This document shows positions 36,396-50,322 of a DNA stretch of 64,000 bases, one piece after another. The translations under genes were made by a program, and so were the position numbers. The stretch spans positions 14,322,001 to 14,386,000 of the forward strand of contig NC_043014.1 of NCBI RefSeq assembly GCF_006345805.1, in the 5' to 3' direction. Source of the DNA: Octopus sinensis. Lineage: Eukaryota. The notes below the pieces were generated by a model. That model had not been told where the DNA came from. It saw only the letters and a program-made list of their open reading frames with translations, and did no database searches. How positions within the stretch are numbered: position 1 is the stretch's first letter; each line of letters opens with the position of its first letter.

Positions 36396-37346
36396 ATGGA
36401 TGTTATGATGGTCTGGAAGGTTTTCCCTCTAGTCTACGTCGTCATCGGAACTTTGGGCAACCTCTTCGTCATGATAATTTTCTTGAGGAATAAAGATTTG
36501 CGTCGTTCACCCAATACAATAATCATGTTCTTCACTTCACTCATAGACATCGTCCTTCTTTATGTGTCATTGCTGTGGAAATGGTACAGTTATTCGGATT
36601 ATCCAAATGAAAAAAAAGTCGGCGCTGTCTTGTGCAAATTTCGCCAATGGATTGCCGTCTCGTTCGGCATGATGGAACCATGGTTTTTGATAGTTGTTAC
36701 GTTCCAGCGGACTTGGTTGATATATCGTCCACTCAGCAGTCTCGGTCAGACGAAAAGCCAGCGAAGATCAATTCTGCAAGTGGTAGGTTTTATGATATTC
36801 ATTCTTCTCTTAAATTCCCACCTCTTGTACGATTCAGACAAAGGCAATCAAATGAACATTAAGCGTTTCATCTGCTGTGACCTTAATTCGCCCTATCTTC
36901 CAATTTATATTGAGTGGCTGAAAATACAGGCGGTCAGCACGTTTATTCTACCAACGTTTCTAATCTTGATTTTGGACGTAAGCCTTTTGTATCGGTTAGG
37001 ATTCTTTTGCTGCGCGTCCAGCGCTAAATATCGCCGGGGGAATAACAACCCCAATTCTGTGGCGGCTAGTGCAACACGCAATTTGACGCTTATATTCGCT
37101 ATAAATATAGTTTATTTGGTCACATCTATTCCTACAGCAATCTTTAGTATTTCTGGTTCGCAAGATTTAGATTTCAACATCGTTTGCAATATACTACTCT
37201 ACATTCGCAATACGTTCGGCTTCCTTACATATCTAACCAACAGTCTCTTTCGGAAGACAGTTTCGTCAATGTTTAGCAAAAGATTTAGCGTCTGCTGTCG
37301 AAGGAACTCAAACAATACGATCACTCCCGAAAACGGTACAATATGA
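36396..37346 (+). CDS. Intronless orphan class A (rhodopsin-like) GPCR, FMRFamide-receptor-like/invertebrate-expanded type
   Basis: 316 aa with seven hydrophobic segments, TM1 GN, TM2 Asp (SLID), TM3 Cys, DRY replaced by FQR followed by .RP, ECL2 Cys, TM5 Pro, TM6 SIP and TM7 N..GFL.Y. In-frame TAG upstream at 36378. Confidence 0.88.
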   Translation: MDVMMVWKVFPLVYVVIGTLGNLFVMIIFLRNKDLRRSPNTIIMFFTSLIDIVLLYVSLLWKWYSYSDYPNEKKVGAVLCKFRQWIAVSFGMMEPWFLIVVTFQRTWLIYRPLSSLGQTKSQRRSILQVVGFMIFILLLNSHLLYDSDKGNQMNIKRFICCDLNSPYLPIYIEWLKIQAVSTFILPTFLILILDVSLLYRLGFFCCASSAKYRRGNNNPNSVAASATRNLTLIFAINIVYLVTSIPTAIFSISGSQDLDFNIVCNILLYIRNTFGFLTYLTNSLFRKTVSSMFSKRFSVCCRRNSNNTITPENGTI

Positions 37347-37730
37347 AAGAAATTGTTTTTGAATTATGGATATTACCAAATTGAAAAGAGAAAAATACAT
37401 GAACAAAACAGGAACTTAAAATGAAACTATCATATATACGCTCTCGTACGCGCACGCACACACACACACACGAACGTACACATATATACATATTTGCTTT
37501 CATTACTGGCAGCATATTTTGGTGAACAAACCGTCTACCAACATTATATTGATCTCCGAGCCCCCAGAAACATCTGTTGGACTTATGACACTTTACTTCC
37601 TCATCTTTAATTTTCGCTGTCGTTTGTACTCTGTGTAAGTTTGATCTGTTAATATATAAATATCTGTTTACTTATATTTAAATATTCATCGTCTGGAAAT
37701 CTTCAGTCTTTGCTTTCTTTCTCTTTACAC

Positions 37731-37778
<48 letters not shown>

Positions 37779-37919
37779 ATTACTTTATATAATTAGGTTT
37801 TAAATATACCGTAAATGGTCTTTTTACATCCCTGAACACTGCTTGGTAAAATTATTAAGTACTAATTAATTAATTTTACCCTTATTATTGACAATATATA
37901 TATATATATATATATATAT

Positions 37920-39120
37920 ACTAGCTGAAGGTGACACGCTCTACGCGCGGGTAAGAGTGTGGTTGTTACTTTCTGTTGCTTCCTTTCAGCACGTAAAAAG
38001 CACCATCCGAACGTGGTCGATTGCAGCGACGCCTTGACTTGCTTCTGTGCCGGTGGCACGTAAAAAGCACCAACCGATCGTTGCCGCTGCGAGACCCCCC
38101 CCCCTGGCACCTGTGCCGGCGGCACGAAAAAAGCACCCACTACACTCACAGAGTGGTTGGCGTTAGGAAGGTCATCCACCTGTAGAAACACTGCCAGATC
38201 AGACTGGATCCTGGTGCAGCCTCCTGGCTTCCCAGACCCCGGTCACACTGTCCAACCCGTGCTAGCACGGAAAACGGACGTTAAACGATGATGATGATGA
38301 TGATTCTCGTATTTGTTTCTCTCTCCTTTCTCTCTCACTTTCCACTCTCTTACTTTTCTTTTCTCTCGGACTCCCCTCGCTTTCTCTTACTCTCTATCTT
38401 TATCTATCTCTCTCCCATTTATAAACAACAGAAGATCTTGAGTAAGTGAGAGAGAAACAAAATATTTAGAAAGATCAATCAGAAATATGAGGCAGTGGCA
38501 ATGGAAAGGTCTGCTTCAAGGCAGACAGCAAAACGCTAACATTTAAAAGGGAGAGACGAACTTGCGAGCTGAATAAAAATAATAAAATATTGGAAACCAA
38601 AGTTTGAAGGGATAGAATCTGAGGATAGTAGAGTCACCATGGCTGGCATTTCTTAACGACGGACAGCAACGTAGTGACAGTTTAACGGCTGGCGTAAAAT
38701 TTTGAACTTGATGTAAAAGAAAATTCGTAAACACCAAGTTTTGAAGTGATTCTTTCTCACGACAGTAGACTCACCATGGCAAGCATTCAAAACTTCTTTA
38801 TCATGGACGTCAACACATTGACGATTAAAAGGCTGGCGCAAATTTTTTAGCTTGATGTAACAGAGAATTCCTAAACACCCGCTCCTTGAAATTTTAATCC
38901 CCTTCCAGTCCCATTTAGACCCCTTTTCACATTTTGGTTAATATAACCCGATTTCATTCGGGTCTACTGGGGCCACATTTTATAAGATGAGGAATTTTGT
39001 CCTAGAGGTGACGCCTTTCATTTGAGGAAAAAAATAGTTGTCATGCAAACTTGCCAGCACTTTTAACATAGGTGTGCATATTTTCAGCTGAATCGACCGA
39101 CTACGTAATGCACCACATTA
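37920..39120 (-). mobile_element. Non-autonomous Helitron-like element with internal ~125-bp tandem repeats
   Basis: Ends in a GC hairpin plus CTAG on the minus strand at 37920-37960. Duplicated unit at 38630-38880. Confidence 0.5.
37985..38305 (+). mobile_element. 3' part of a (GAT)n-tailed retroposon nested in the Helitron-like element
   Basis: Repeated GCACGTAAAAAGCACC units, GGCGTTAGGAAGG.CATCCA.CTGTAGAAAC, and the end GGACGTTAAAC(GAT)n. Confidence 0.65.
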
Positions 39121-39212
39121 TATATATATGTGTATAATAATATATTATATATATATATATATATATATTATATAATATATATATATATAATATATTATAT
39201 ATATATATCTAG

Positions 39213-39243
<31 letters not shown>

Positions 39244-40097
39244 TGCACGCATTATATATACAAATGTATACAAATGAGATATATATCTGTATAAATTAAA
39301 TTAGAGATAAAACCACTAATAGGCAAATCAAACAGTGAAAAACCAAAAACAAAAACATTAAAAAAATATATAATATAGAAAATATATAAAATATAAAATT
39401 GAAAAATTTAAATTATTTAATTGAAAATAAAAATTATTAAAATATATTTATAATTTGTTTAAAAATATATATAACTATGAAAAAGTATGAAAAAGTTTAA
39501 TATACATAAATAAAGATATATACACTTTGTATATATACATTATATATACATATTATATATAGAACACACACACATACATTATATATACATATTTATATAT
39601 AGAACACACACACACACATACATTATATATACATATTTATATATAGAACCACACACACACACACATATATTATTATACATATTTATTATATAGAACACAC
39701 ACACACCACCATATAAATGAACGCAAGAATATCTGATTCATAATATTTGTTCTCATGATTGTGTGTTGTTGGTAGCGATGATAATATTCCCTATGAATGC
39801 AAACAGATACATCAAAGAAAGCCGCCTGACGAACTTATAAAGGGAAAGTGAAAGGGAGTTATGAGGGGAATACATTAAATAACGGGAGTGGCATTCTCAA
39901 AGTTATTAATGAAGGGGAGTAAGAGAGGGAAAGGAGGAAATAGCGTGAGTGAGGAAGATGGCCCCTAGCAACCACACCTTTTAAGCTATTCTACATAGCT
40001 ACATGTCCCTGTAAATTTTGGAGCGAATCGGACGGGATGTAGTGGCATTGAAAGCGATCCAAGCGGTAAAAACGCATTTCAGTTTTATATATAGAGA

Positions 40098-40170
<73 letters not shown>

Positions 40171-40586
40171 TAGATAGATAGATATACAGAAATATATCAA
40201 ACAGTTATATTTAATTTGTTTATATTTAATCTGTTTACCCACATAGTTGTCTCTCTCACTTGCTCTCTCTCTCTCTCTCTCTCTCTCTGACTCTCTCCCT
40301 CTCTCTCGCTACACACACACACACACACACACGCGCACTCACATATCATGGGCTCTCCCTTCGAAGACGACGTATGAGCGTTCAGCTTCTGCCGAACGAC
40401 AAGCACAAATGATTTGTTTATGGTGATCAAATGTTTTTAGCCGCATATTAGCTCACTCTCCCTCCATCAAATCAACGATGCCCGAACAGGAGCACTGTGT
40501 ACTACGCGTCAGGCGTCGAAGTGATCGTAGGTCAACGTGAGATGAAGTGTTTTTCTCAAGAACACAATGTACCACCCGCTTTAGGA

Positions 40587-40700
<114 letters not shown>

Positions 40701-40854
40701 AAGTAGATAAATGAATTATCTTATTACGGATAATTCAAATGATAACCGATACCTGGGTAGCAAAAATCACAACAGAAAAGGCACAGTTGAGGTTACGACC
40801 ATGGGGCCTAAAATCCGTGCCTTAGTGCGGAAATTTGAAGTTTTATATATTTAG

Positions 40855-41510
40855 TGTAGGAAGAAATGGAGCTGAACGAAGATTTAACAAAATTCCTTTT
40901 TATTATTTTCTACATATGTTTCAAAGGCTGCAAAGTCCCTAATTCGAATTGAATAAGGAGTCCATTTTGCAGCCTTCTCTTTCGTTTGCTTGACCATTAA
41001 TACCTGCTATATATATATATATCTCTCTCTCTCTCTTGCTGCCTTCGAAACACACTGCCACACATACATAGACGCACACACACATACATGAAAGCAATTT
41101 CTCACACTCAAACGCTCTAGCACTCATTCTTAAAATAATTCAAATATGAACACCAGTCATACAGAATACATTCACACTCTTTGATTTTCCTGTACTCCCC
41201 TTCTGCTAACCGGATTTTAATCCTTGAATTATCTCAACGGACCTTCTCGTCTGCTTTCACCCAGCCTGGCGTCAACGCATAAAGATAGACAGTTTGTGCC
41301 ATTTATTCCATGGGCTCCTCGTGAGCGTTTTGTCGAAAAGCTTGCTGTGCATTTTGTTGGAGAATTAAGTTCCTGGATTTTCCTGAAGAGAAGGCTGCAA
41401 AATGGACTCCTTATTCAATCCGAATTAGGGACTTTGCAGCCTTTGAAACATATGTAGAAAATAATAAAAAGGAATTTTGTTAAATCTTCGTTCAGCTCCA
41501 TTTCTTCCTA

Positions 41511-41512
<2 letters not shown>
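40855..41512. mobile_element. Head-to-head inverted pair of Penelope-LTR-like HHR elements
   Basis: 40855-40982 is the reverse complement of 41386-41512. The left copy is truncated inside the ribozyme core. Confidence 0.75.
41377..41462 (+). ncRNA. Type I hammerhead with long stem II and palindromic stem III
   Basis: Stem I AUUUUC/GAAAAU, core CUGAAGA 41383-89, G.U plus 11-bp AAGGCUGCAAA/UUUGCAGCCUU, GAAAC-AUAU-GUA (predicted cut after 41456). Confidence 0.85.
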
Positions 41513-41545
<33 letters not shown>

Positions 41546-41570
41546 TATACACACGCGCGCGCACATACGC

Positions 41571-41602
<32 letters not shown>

Positions 41603-41607
41603 TATTA

Positions 41608-41670
<63 letters not shown>

Positions 41671-41833
41671 TATATAATATGTATATATGAATATATAGAT
41701 ATACAATTATAAATTTTCACCGTAAATATTGACTATAGAAAATAGAATAATATTGGGGCATATAAATCTATGTTGGAAAAATGTTGTGTGTATGTGTGTG
41801 CGTGCGTGTGCGCGCGCGCGAATAGATAGTTAT

Positions 41834-41879
<46 letters not shown>

Positions 41880-41883
41880 TGAC

Positions 41884-42013
<130 letters not shown>

Positions 42014-42159
42014 TTAAAATTAGAAAGCTCTTGGTACAGATTTATATATTTGAAGAAATGAATACGGATGGTTTTTCTGATAATTTTTCCACTTTAATAA
42101 TTAAATGTTTATAAATCATTAGTCGTATACAAATCATTTACAAATTATTTTTGTCTTCA

Positions 42160-42900
42160 TGATCGCCTTTTTTCAAACAGATAACCGTTCCGGTCCAGGC
42201 ACTGGTGATAACATGATGTTATTGACATTTCATTCGATATTTGTGCATATTTTCTTTCAGTAGCTGCCCTTATTTCGTCGACTTTTATTATTGTTTTGTA
42301 CCTTATACTTTAGAGAGAAAGTTTAGCGGTGCTATGTCCGGTGAACGCAGAAGCTATTCGTCCAATTCACCTCTGTGGCAATATTTCTATGGCAGTGTGA
42401 GCATACCTCTTCTTGCTGGAAATATAACTCCAGATCTTCAAAGTCTTCTTGAATATTTGGCATGATAGAATGTCACAGCAAGTCCAAATAAATGGAACTA
42501 ATCACAGAACCGTTAGTAAATAATGGTCCAACAAATTCTTTTGATGATAAGCCGCACCATCCTGAAACTGGTAACGCATCATGATGTCCCTCCATAGGTT
42601 CCAAGTAGATGCAATTATGGCGGTTAATTAAGCCATTCAATATCAATGTTGTCTCCCCAAACAATCTTTGTAGGAGAGTGTGCATCTACACATTGCCCAG
42701 GTACCACTTGCAAAAATCTGATCTTCCTTCCAGATCATCTTCAGAAAAAGCGCAGACTGTTTTTGCAATGTAATTTTTGCAATGACGTCACTCTAAAATG
42801 CAATGGTCGTTTAACTGTGAAATTCCTATCTCACATTTTTAGTACTTTTACTTTCACTTGTCTTGTAAGACACATCGATGTCCGCCGTCTTCATGAACGT
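42160..42900 (-). mobile_element. Decayed Tc1/mariner transposase of the DD41D (rosa-like) type
   Basis: Frameshifted DDLEGRSDFCKWYL, LNGLINRHNCIY, WCGLSSKEFVGP, YLDLL, LYFQQ and C-terminal CLDRNG..FE. Confidence 0.6.
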
Positions 42901-43193
42901 TTCTCAGAGAATGGAATAAGCGAAGAGGGAAAGTGTCGCCGAAGAGGTCACAGATGTGTGACGAAAGATGTTCGGACAATGGACATTAGATAGAATAAGA
43001 ACAGTAATAAACGAGTGGAAAACAAATATATAGTGCGTGTATTTACTTGGCAAAAAAAAATACAGTTCTGAAGTAAAAAAAAATATCTATCTATCTATCT
43101 ATATATATATATATATATATACATATGTATGTATATATATATATATGTGTGTGTTCATACATATACACACACAGACATATGTATGTGTGGTAT

Positions 43194-44583
43194 CTTTAGA
43201 CAAATATACCACACAAATCATCAGTCATCAATCATCTTTCAAACTTTATCATCAACTTTCACCACTATTCTCTGTCCTCAATGCCAGAGAACATTCTGAG
43301 CTCGGCTTGACCGGACCAGTCACCCTAAAAGAAAGTTTGTACTGCTGTGGTGTAGCTTGGTTCACTCCTGATGTTATTTATTCAATACAAAACGAATAAC
43401 ACTGTTTAACAAGGTTTTTGTCCTTGAGTAGCAACTGTTATATCTTATTTGCTTACCGCTAGAAAGTATGAAAATGGCTAATAGTTCCTTCAGGCTTTGC
43501 TTTTGCTACAATATTTATTCAAGCCCCAGAAGAATTCCTCTCAAATCATGGCTGTGATTCCCCCCACCTACTCCTGCTCATAATCAGTGATGCACATATT
43601 TTCAGCCACTAAGGGACATGCTCAAGTAGTTAAAGTCAAAGCAACTGACAAGCAAATCTGTGGTATTGAGCAGAATATTTGTTATAGCGATATTTCTACT
43701 TCAGCAACTCAGCGCTGATTTTGTCTGAAATGTAATGGAAAATAGGTCTGTTTTAAAACATTGGTGTTTAGGTCACAAAAGCAAAGTGTGAAGGGAATAG
43801 AAGTCATTTCCTTTGATTTCTAGATAGAAGCAAATAGGAAATAACACTTACTGACCAAAGTAAAAAAAAAAAAAAAAAGAGTTTAATGGCTTAGTCAGAT
43901 TTGGAGGACCGGCAACTCTAATGATCATGCCTTTGCATGTCCAAAGTGTTTTTATAAGTTTGTCCTAAATGTTCATGCTTGTTTTCAGACTTTTAACTAA
44001 ACATTAGTTTCATACGCCTTGTAGTAGAATTGAACCCCTAACCTTGTGATTGGGAGGCAAACGCCTTACCACATAGTCACGCCTACATGTAGAACAAGCA
44101 TTATACAGATGTAAAAGTATGTGGAAATGGTTTATTTTCGACCAGGTATCGATATTTGGGCAGTTTCTTCCATTTAAGAGCTACAGAAAATATTTCTCTT
44201 GAAAATGTCACATCCATTTTTGTCACGTACGTCACACAGACATTATTGACTAGCAAACTGATCATCGATTTTTGAAATCTCAAGGTCAATGTAAATAAAT
44301 TCCATGAAGCATTTTGTGTTGCTCTGGCGAAATGCAACGGATTAGCAGTTAATATTTTCAGGTGAATCAATGTCACATACGTCACACTTTTTGAATCGTC
44401 TTCAAAAAGTTCCACATAAATTCCTGGTAAAATTTATTTTTGCTTAATTCTTACCCAGATGATCAGACTTTATTATGGAAAATGAATCAATAACAATTCT
44501 TGTGAATTTTTTTAAAGGTTTACAGCTTATATATTTCATAATTTGCGTCTCTGACTGTCATATGCGTCGACTGTAATTTGCCC
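43194..44583 (+). repeat. Left arm of a large inverted duplication
   Basis: Reverse complement of 48768-50322, including shared nested repeat fragments. About 6% divergence in a 315-bp block counted by hand. Confidence 0.92.
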
Positions 44584-44706
44584 TAAAAGATGAACAGGAA
44601 TACCAGCCGCTGTGGGATTTGAACTCAGACAGGAGTAGTGAACTCTGTAAGACATTGTCTTCTACGTTGAACGACTCTGCCAAATTGACCGCCTTGAAAA
44701 TGCGAT

Positions 44707-44828
<122 letters not shown>

Positions 44829-46048
44829 GACTGCGACATCTCTGGCTCTATGTAGACGACGGTGAACAGGTGTGGTCGCCGTTTGTGAGGCACGCTTTCC
44901 CGCAGCTCGTCTCCATGACCGAACTGCAGTCGTGGATCAAAAAGAGGCCGAGGAAGGGCGAATGGCACCGCGAGTGTCGCGTTGCTCTCAAGCAACTCTG
45001 CCGTCCTGGGTCGACCTTAAGTGACTTCAACACAACCAAAGCATTCTATAGGGGTTTAGTGGAGGGGAGGTACGACGACGAGCTCGGGGCGAACCTGGAC
45101 GTCGACGAGGAGTACCTGACCCGCCTGTTCAGGACGACTTTCGGGCCAGGGCCCATGGACAACTTCCAGAGATCCCTGGCTTGGCAGTGCTACCGAGAAG
45201 CGCTACCCGTTCGGGATAAGCTCTACAGACACGGCTCGAGAAACACGGGGCCGACCTGCCCGAGATGCGGTCAGAGCGACGAAACCGTTCTGCACGCACT
45301 CGTTCAGTGTCCAACAATTTCCGACCTGTGGGCTTATGTCGAACAACTGCTGTCACGTGTGGGACGAGTCGGTTTATCAGCTGAGTCTATCGTCAATATT
45401 GTCACGCCTCCTTCCTTCAAACGGGAAGGAAGAGCTATTTTCATCATCCTTGTGGCTATGGCGAAAGAATGTATCTGGTGGACGCGTCTGAAAGGATTGG
45501 AGACAAACACTTTCTCTCTGGTCAATCTCTCATCAACTTCTTCAAGTACCACTTGAAAAGGAAAGTGAGAGTAGAGAGGCAAGTTTTGTCTAGCGAATGT
45601 TTTAAAAAAAGATGGGTGAATGTAGCAAGAATGGCACGTATGAATGACGAAGCCACCTTGAGCATAGTCCTATGAACCCAGAATCGAAAACAGAGAGTTG
45701 CTTATTTGCAAAAAAAAAAAAAAAAAAAGAAACATAAAATGTGACTTCATTGACCGAGGTTACCGTGGTCTTTTCCGTAGGCTTTTCTTTCCACGGGTAA
45801 ACTTCACCTGTCCTCCCCTTTACACTTCATATGACATTTCTGTGATAACGATCCCTATTGATCAATTTTTTTTTTTCCTCTCCCCTTTTTTTTAACCCCC
45901 CTTTTTTTTGTCCTCTTTCTCTCCTCTACGATCCCTTTTGATCGAAACTCCCCCTTCCTTTTTTTTTTTTTTTAAACCTTCAAAAGAAAAGCTCTACCTT
46001 GTAATTTGTTCTATCTGTGTGCAGCCCTGTGTGGCTAATAAAGAAACA

Positions 46049-46049
<1 letters not shown>
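44829..46049 (+). mobile_element. Tx1-like LINE copy B (5'-truncated), between (ATCT)n arrays
   Basis: About 98% identical by eye to copy A in ORF2, with a variant 3' UTR. (ATCT)n at 44707-44828 and 46050-46262. Confidence 0.93.
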
Positions 46050-46093
<44 letters not shown>

Positions 46094-46156
46094 CTATCTA
46101 TCTATCTATCTATCTGTCTGTCAATCTGTCTGTCTATCTATCTATCTATCTATCTG

Positions 46157-46888
<732 letters not shown>

Positions 46889-46889
46889 C

Positions 46890-46950
<61 letters not shown>

Positions 46951-46951
46951 G

Positions 46952-47020
<69 letters not shown>

Positions 47021-47075
47021 CTCTCTATCTGTCTGTCTGTCTATCTCTCTATCTGTCTGTCTGTCTATCTATCTA

Positions 47076-47316
47076 GCCGGAGCATCTATGACAACCTCCA
47101 TCTGATGCGCTATATCATAGACAGAGTAGTTAAGGAACCTGGCAGGTGTGGCAGCCGTTTGTGAGGCACGCGTTCCCGCAGCTCGTCTCCATGACCGAAC
47201 TGCAGTCGTGGATCAAAAAGAGGCCGAGGAAGGGCGAATGGCACCGCGAGTGTCACGTTGCTCTCAAGCAACTCTGCCGTCCCGGGTCGACCTTGAGTGA
47301 CTTCAACACAACCAAG
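47076..47316 (+). mobile_element. Tx1-like LINE copy D (5' end in ATCT, ~0.9-kb internal deletion, 3' end replaced by a SINE A fragment)
   Basis: The RT segment [19 protein letters not shown] is joined at a CA microhomology to the thumb segment, then fused to a SINE A 5' part at 47317. Confidence 0.85.
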
Positions 47317-47448
47317 GCTGTGTGGTAAGAAGTTTGCTTCCCAGCCACATGGCTCCGGATTCAGTCGCATCGCGTGGCTCTTTACTATATCCTCGGGCCA
47401 ATCAAAGCCTTCTGGGAGGATTTGGTAGACCGAAACCAGCTCGTTGTT

Positions 47449-47489
<41 letters not shown>

Positions 47490-48239
47490 ATGCACACACA
47501 TACAGACGTTTGTGTGCGTGCGTGTATGTGTGAGAATGTGTGTAAGTGTGTTTTTATGTGTGTGTAGAAGAAGAAGAAGAAGAAGAAGAAGAAGAAGAAG
47601 AAGAAGAAGAAGAAGAAGAAGAAGAAGAAGAAGAAGAAGAAGAAGAAGAAGAAAATAGTAACAAAACAGCTTATATTCTGTTATTGAATTCGCATCTAAG
47701 ATAGATTATTGGTTTATATGTCATTGACACCTATTTCATTTTATCGACCCTGGAGAAATGAAAGGTTGAGTCGACAACGATGATCTAATGATTCTTCCAG
47801 TTCATGGCCCCGAACGAAATCAATGAATTATAACTGAACCAGAAATAGCTAAGCTATTGTTGTGACTAAATGAGGCAGATAAGAGAGATAGATAGGGAAA
47901 AAAAGAAAAAAGAACGAAAGAAAGAACGAAAGAAAGAAAGAAACAAAGACAGAAAGAAAGAAAGAAGGAGAAAGGTGCATGTGTATTGGAGTAAAATCAT
48001 TGTGAGAACCATCGTTTTCCCGTGAGCCTTTGCGTCATAAGGGAATAAGATGTAAGTGAAAATCTGATATCTGAACTCTGCTGCCGTTAAGTTTTTCATT
48101 CATTGTAACGGCGCTTATAATACGAATATAAAATCATTTATTTGTATCGGAGACAGACGTGAAACATGATATTTAAAATAGCAGGATATTAGAGATTGCG
48201 ACAATCATCGTCTTTCTCAAGGACGTTAACAATTGTATG

Positions 48240-48737
48240 TTTCTTTATTAGCCACACAGGGCTGAACACAGAGGGGGCAAATTACAAAGTAGAGCTTTTC
48301 TTTTTGGGGAGAAAAAAAATAAAAAGGAGGAGTAGGTTTTCGATCAAAAGGGATCGTAAAAAAGAAAGAAAAAAAGCAATCAATAGGGATCGTGTATCAC
48401 AGAAATGTCATGATGTAAAGTGTAAAGGGAGAAATAGATAAGGTTTATCCGTGGAAAGAAAAGCCTACGGAAAAGACCACGGTCATCTTGGTCAATACGT
48501 TTCTTTATTACCCACAAACAAGGACAGACAAACGGATTAAGTCGATTACATTGACCCCAGTGCGTAACTGGTACTTAATTTATCGACCCCGAAAGGATGA
48601 AAGGCAAAGTCGACCTCGGCGTGTCACATGTTAACACATTTACTTGCAAGTAAGTAACTCTCTGTTTAAAATTTTTCCGGGTTCATAGGATTATGCTCAA
48701 GGTGGCTTCGTCATTTATACGTGCCATCCTTGCTACA
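48240..48737 (-). mobile_element. Tx1-like LINE copy F (3' end), interrupted by a SINE C fragment (~48497-48620)
   Basis: Reverse complement of the ORF2 end (VARMARINDEATLSIIL*) and 3' UTR. Confidence 0.8.
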
Positions 48738-48767
48738 ATTGTAAGTAAAATAGAGATGGTTCCAACA

Positions 48768-50322
48768 GGGCAAATTTCAATTGACGCACGTGATAGCCGG
48801 AGACGCAAATTATGAAATATGTAAGCTGTAAACCTTAAAATTTTTTTACAGGAATTGTATTGATTCATTTTCCACAATAAAGTCTGATCATCTAGGTAAG
48901 TATTAAGCAAAAATAAATTTTACCAGGAATGTATGTGGAACTTTTTGAAGACGATTCAAAGAGTGTGACGTATGTGACATCGATTCACCTGAAAATATTA
49001 ACTGCTAATCCGCTGTATTTCTCCAGAGGAACACAAAATGCCCCATGGAATTTATTTACGTTGACCTTGAGATTTCAAAAATCGACGATCAGTTTGCTAG
49101 CCAGTAATATCTGTGTGACGTACGTGACAAAAATGGATGTGACATTTTCAAGAGAAATATTTTCTGTAGCTTCCAAATGGAGGAAACTGCCCAAATATCG
49201 ATACCTGGTCGAAAATAAACCATTTCCACATACTTTTATAGGTGTATAATGCTTGTTCTACGTGTAGGCTTGACTATGTGGTAAGAAATTTGCTTCCCAA
49301 TCACAAGGTTAGGGGTTCAATTCTACTACATGGCGTATGAAACGAAGGCTTAGTTAAAAGTCTGAAAACAAGCATGAACATTCAGAACAAACTTATAAAA
49401 ACGCTTTGGACATACAAAGGCATGATCACTAGAGTTGCCAGTCCTCCAGATCTGACTAAGTCATTAAACTCTATCCTTCACTACTCTAACACAAAAATCC
49501 TTGAAAAGAACAGTTAACAACTATTAACAAATTGGTCAATTTCATTGTGTAACAAAATTTTCGTCTTTTTTTTTTTTTTACTTTGGTCAGTAAGTGTTAT
49601 TTTCTATTTGCTTCTATCTGGAAATCAAACGAAATGACTTCTATTCCCTTCAAACTTCGCTTTTGTCACCTGAACACCAATGTCTTGAAACAGACCTATT
49701 TTCCATTAGATTTCAGACAGATTCAGCGCTGAGTTGCTGAAGTAGATATATCGCTATAACAAATATTCTGCTCAATACCACAGATTTGCTTGTCAGTTGC
49801 TTTGACTTTAACTACTTGAGCATGTCCCTTAGTGGCTGAAAATATGTGCATCTCTGATTATGAGCAGGAGTAGGTGGGGAGTATCACAGCCATGTTTTGA
49901 GAGGGATTCTTTGGGGTTTGAATGAATATTGTAACAAAAACAAAGCCTGAAGGAACTATTAGCCATTTTTCATACTTTCTAGCGGTAAGCAAATAGGAAA
50001 TAACAGTTGCTACCCAAGGAAAAAAACCGTGTTATACAGTGTTATTCGTTCTGTATTGAATAAATAACACGAAGAGTGAACGAAGCTACACCACAGCAGT
50101 ACAAACTTTCAATTAGGTTCGTCCGTTGGAGCGATGGGGACCATCTAGTCATTCTTGGGTTTGAGTTGTGGTTGGTCTTTGTGCGGGCGTTGGTGACTGG
50201 TCCGGTCAAGCCGAGCTCAGTATGTTCTCTGGCATTGAGGACAGAAAAGGGTAGTGATCGTTGATGATAAAGTTTGAAAGATGATTGATAACTGATGATT
50301 TGTGTCGTATATTTGTCTAAAG
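48768..50322 (-). repeat. Right arm of the large inverted duplication
   Basis: Matches 43194-44583 but carries two extra segments (~49465-49567 and ~50117-50190). Confidence 0.92.

Noticed and set aside
44101-44415. ~105-codon ORF open in both arms of the inverted duplication (also 48929-49249)
   Set aside because: About 20 differences between the copies, only 4-5 synonymous, which fits neutral drift. The starts are GTG/weak and there is no recognisable domain.
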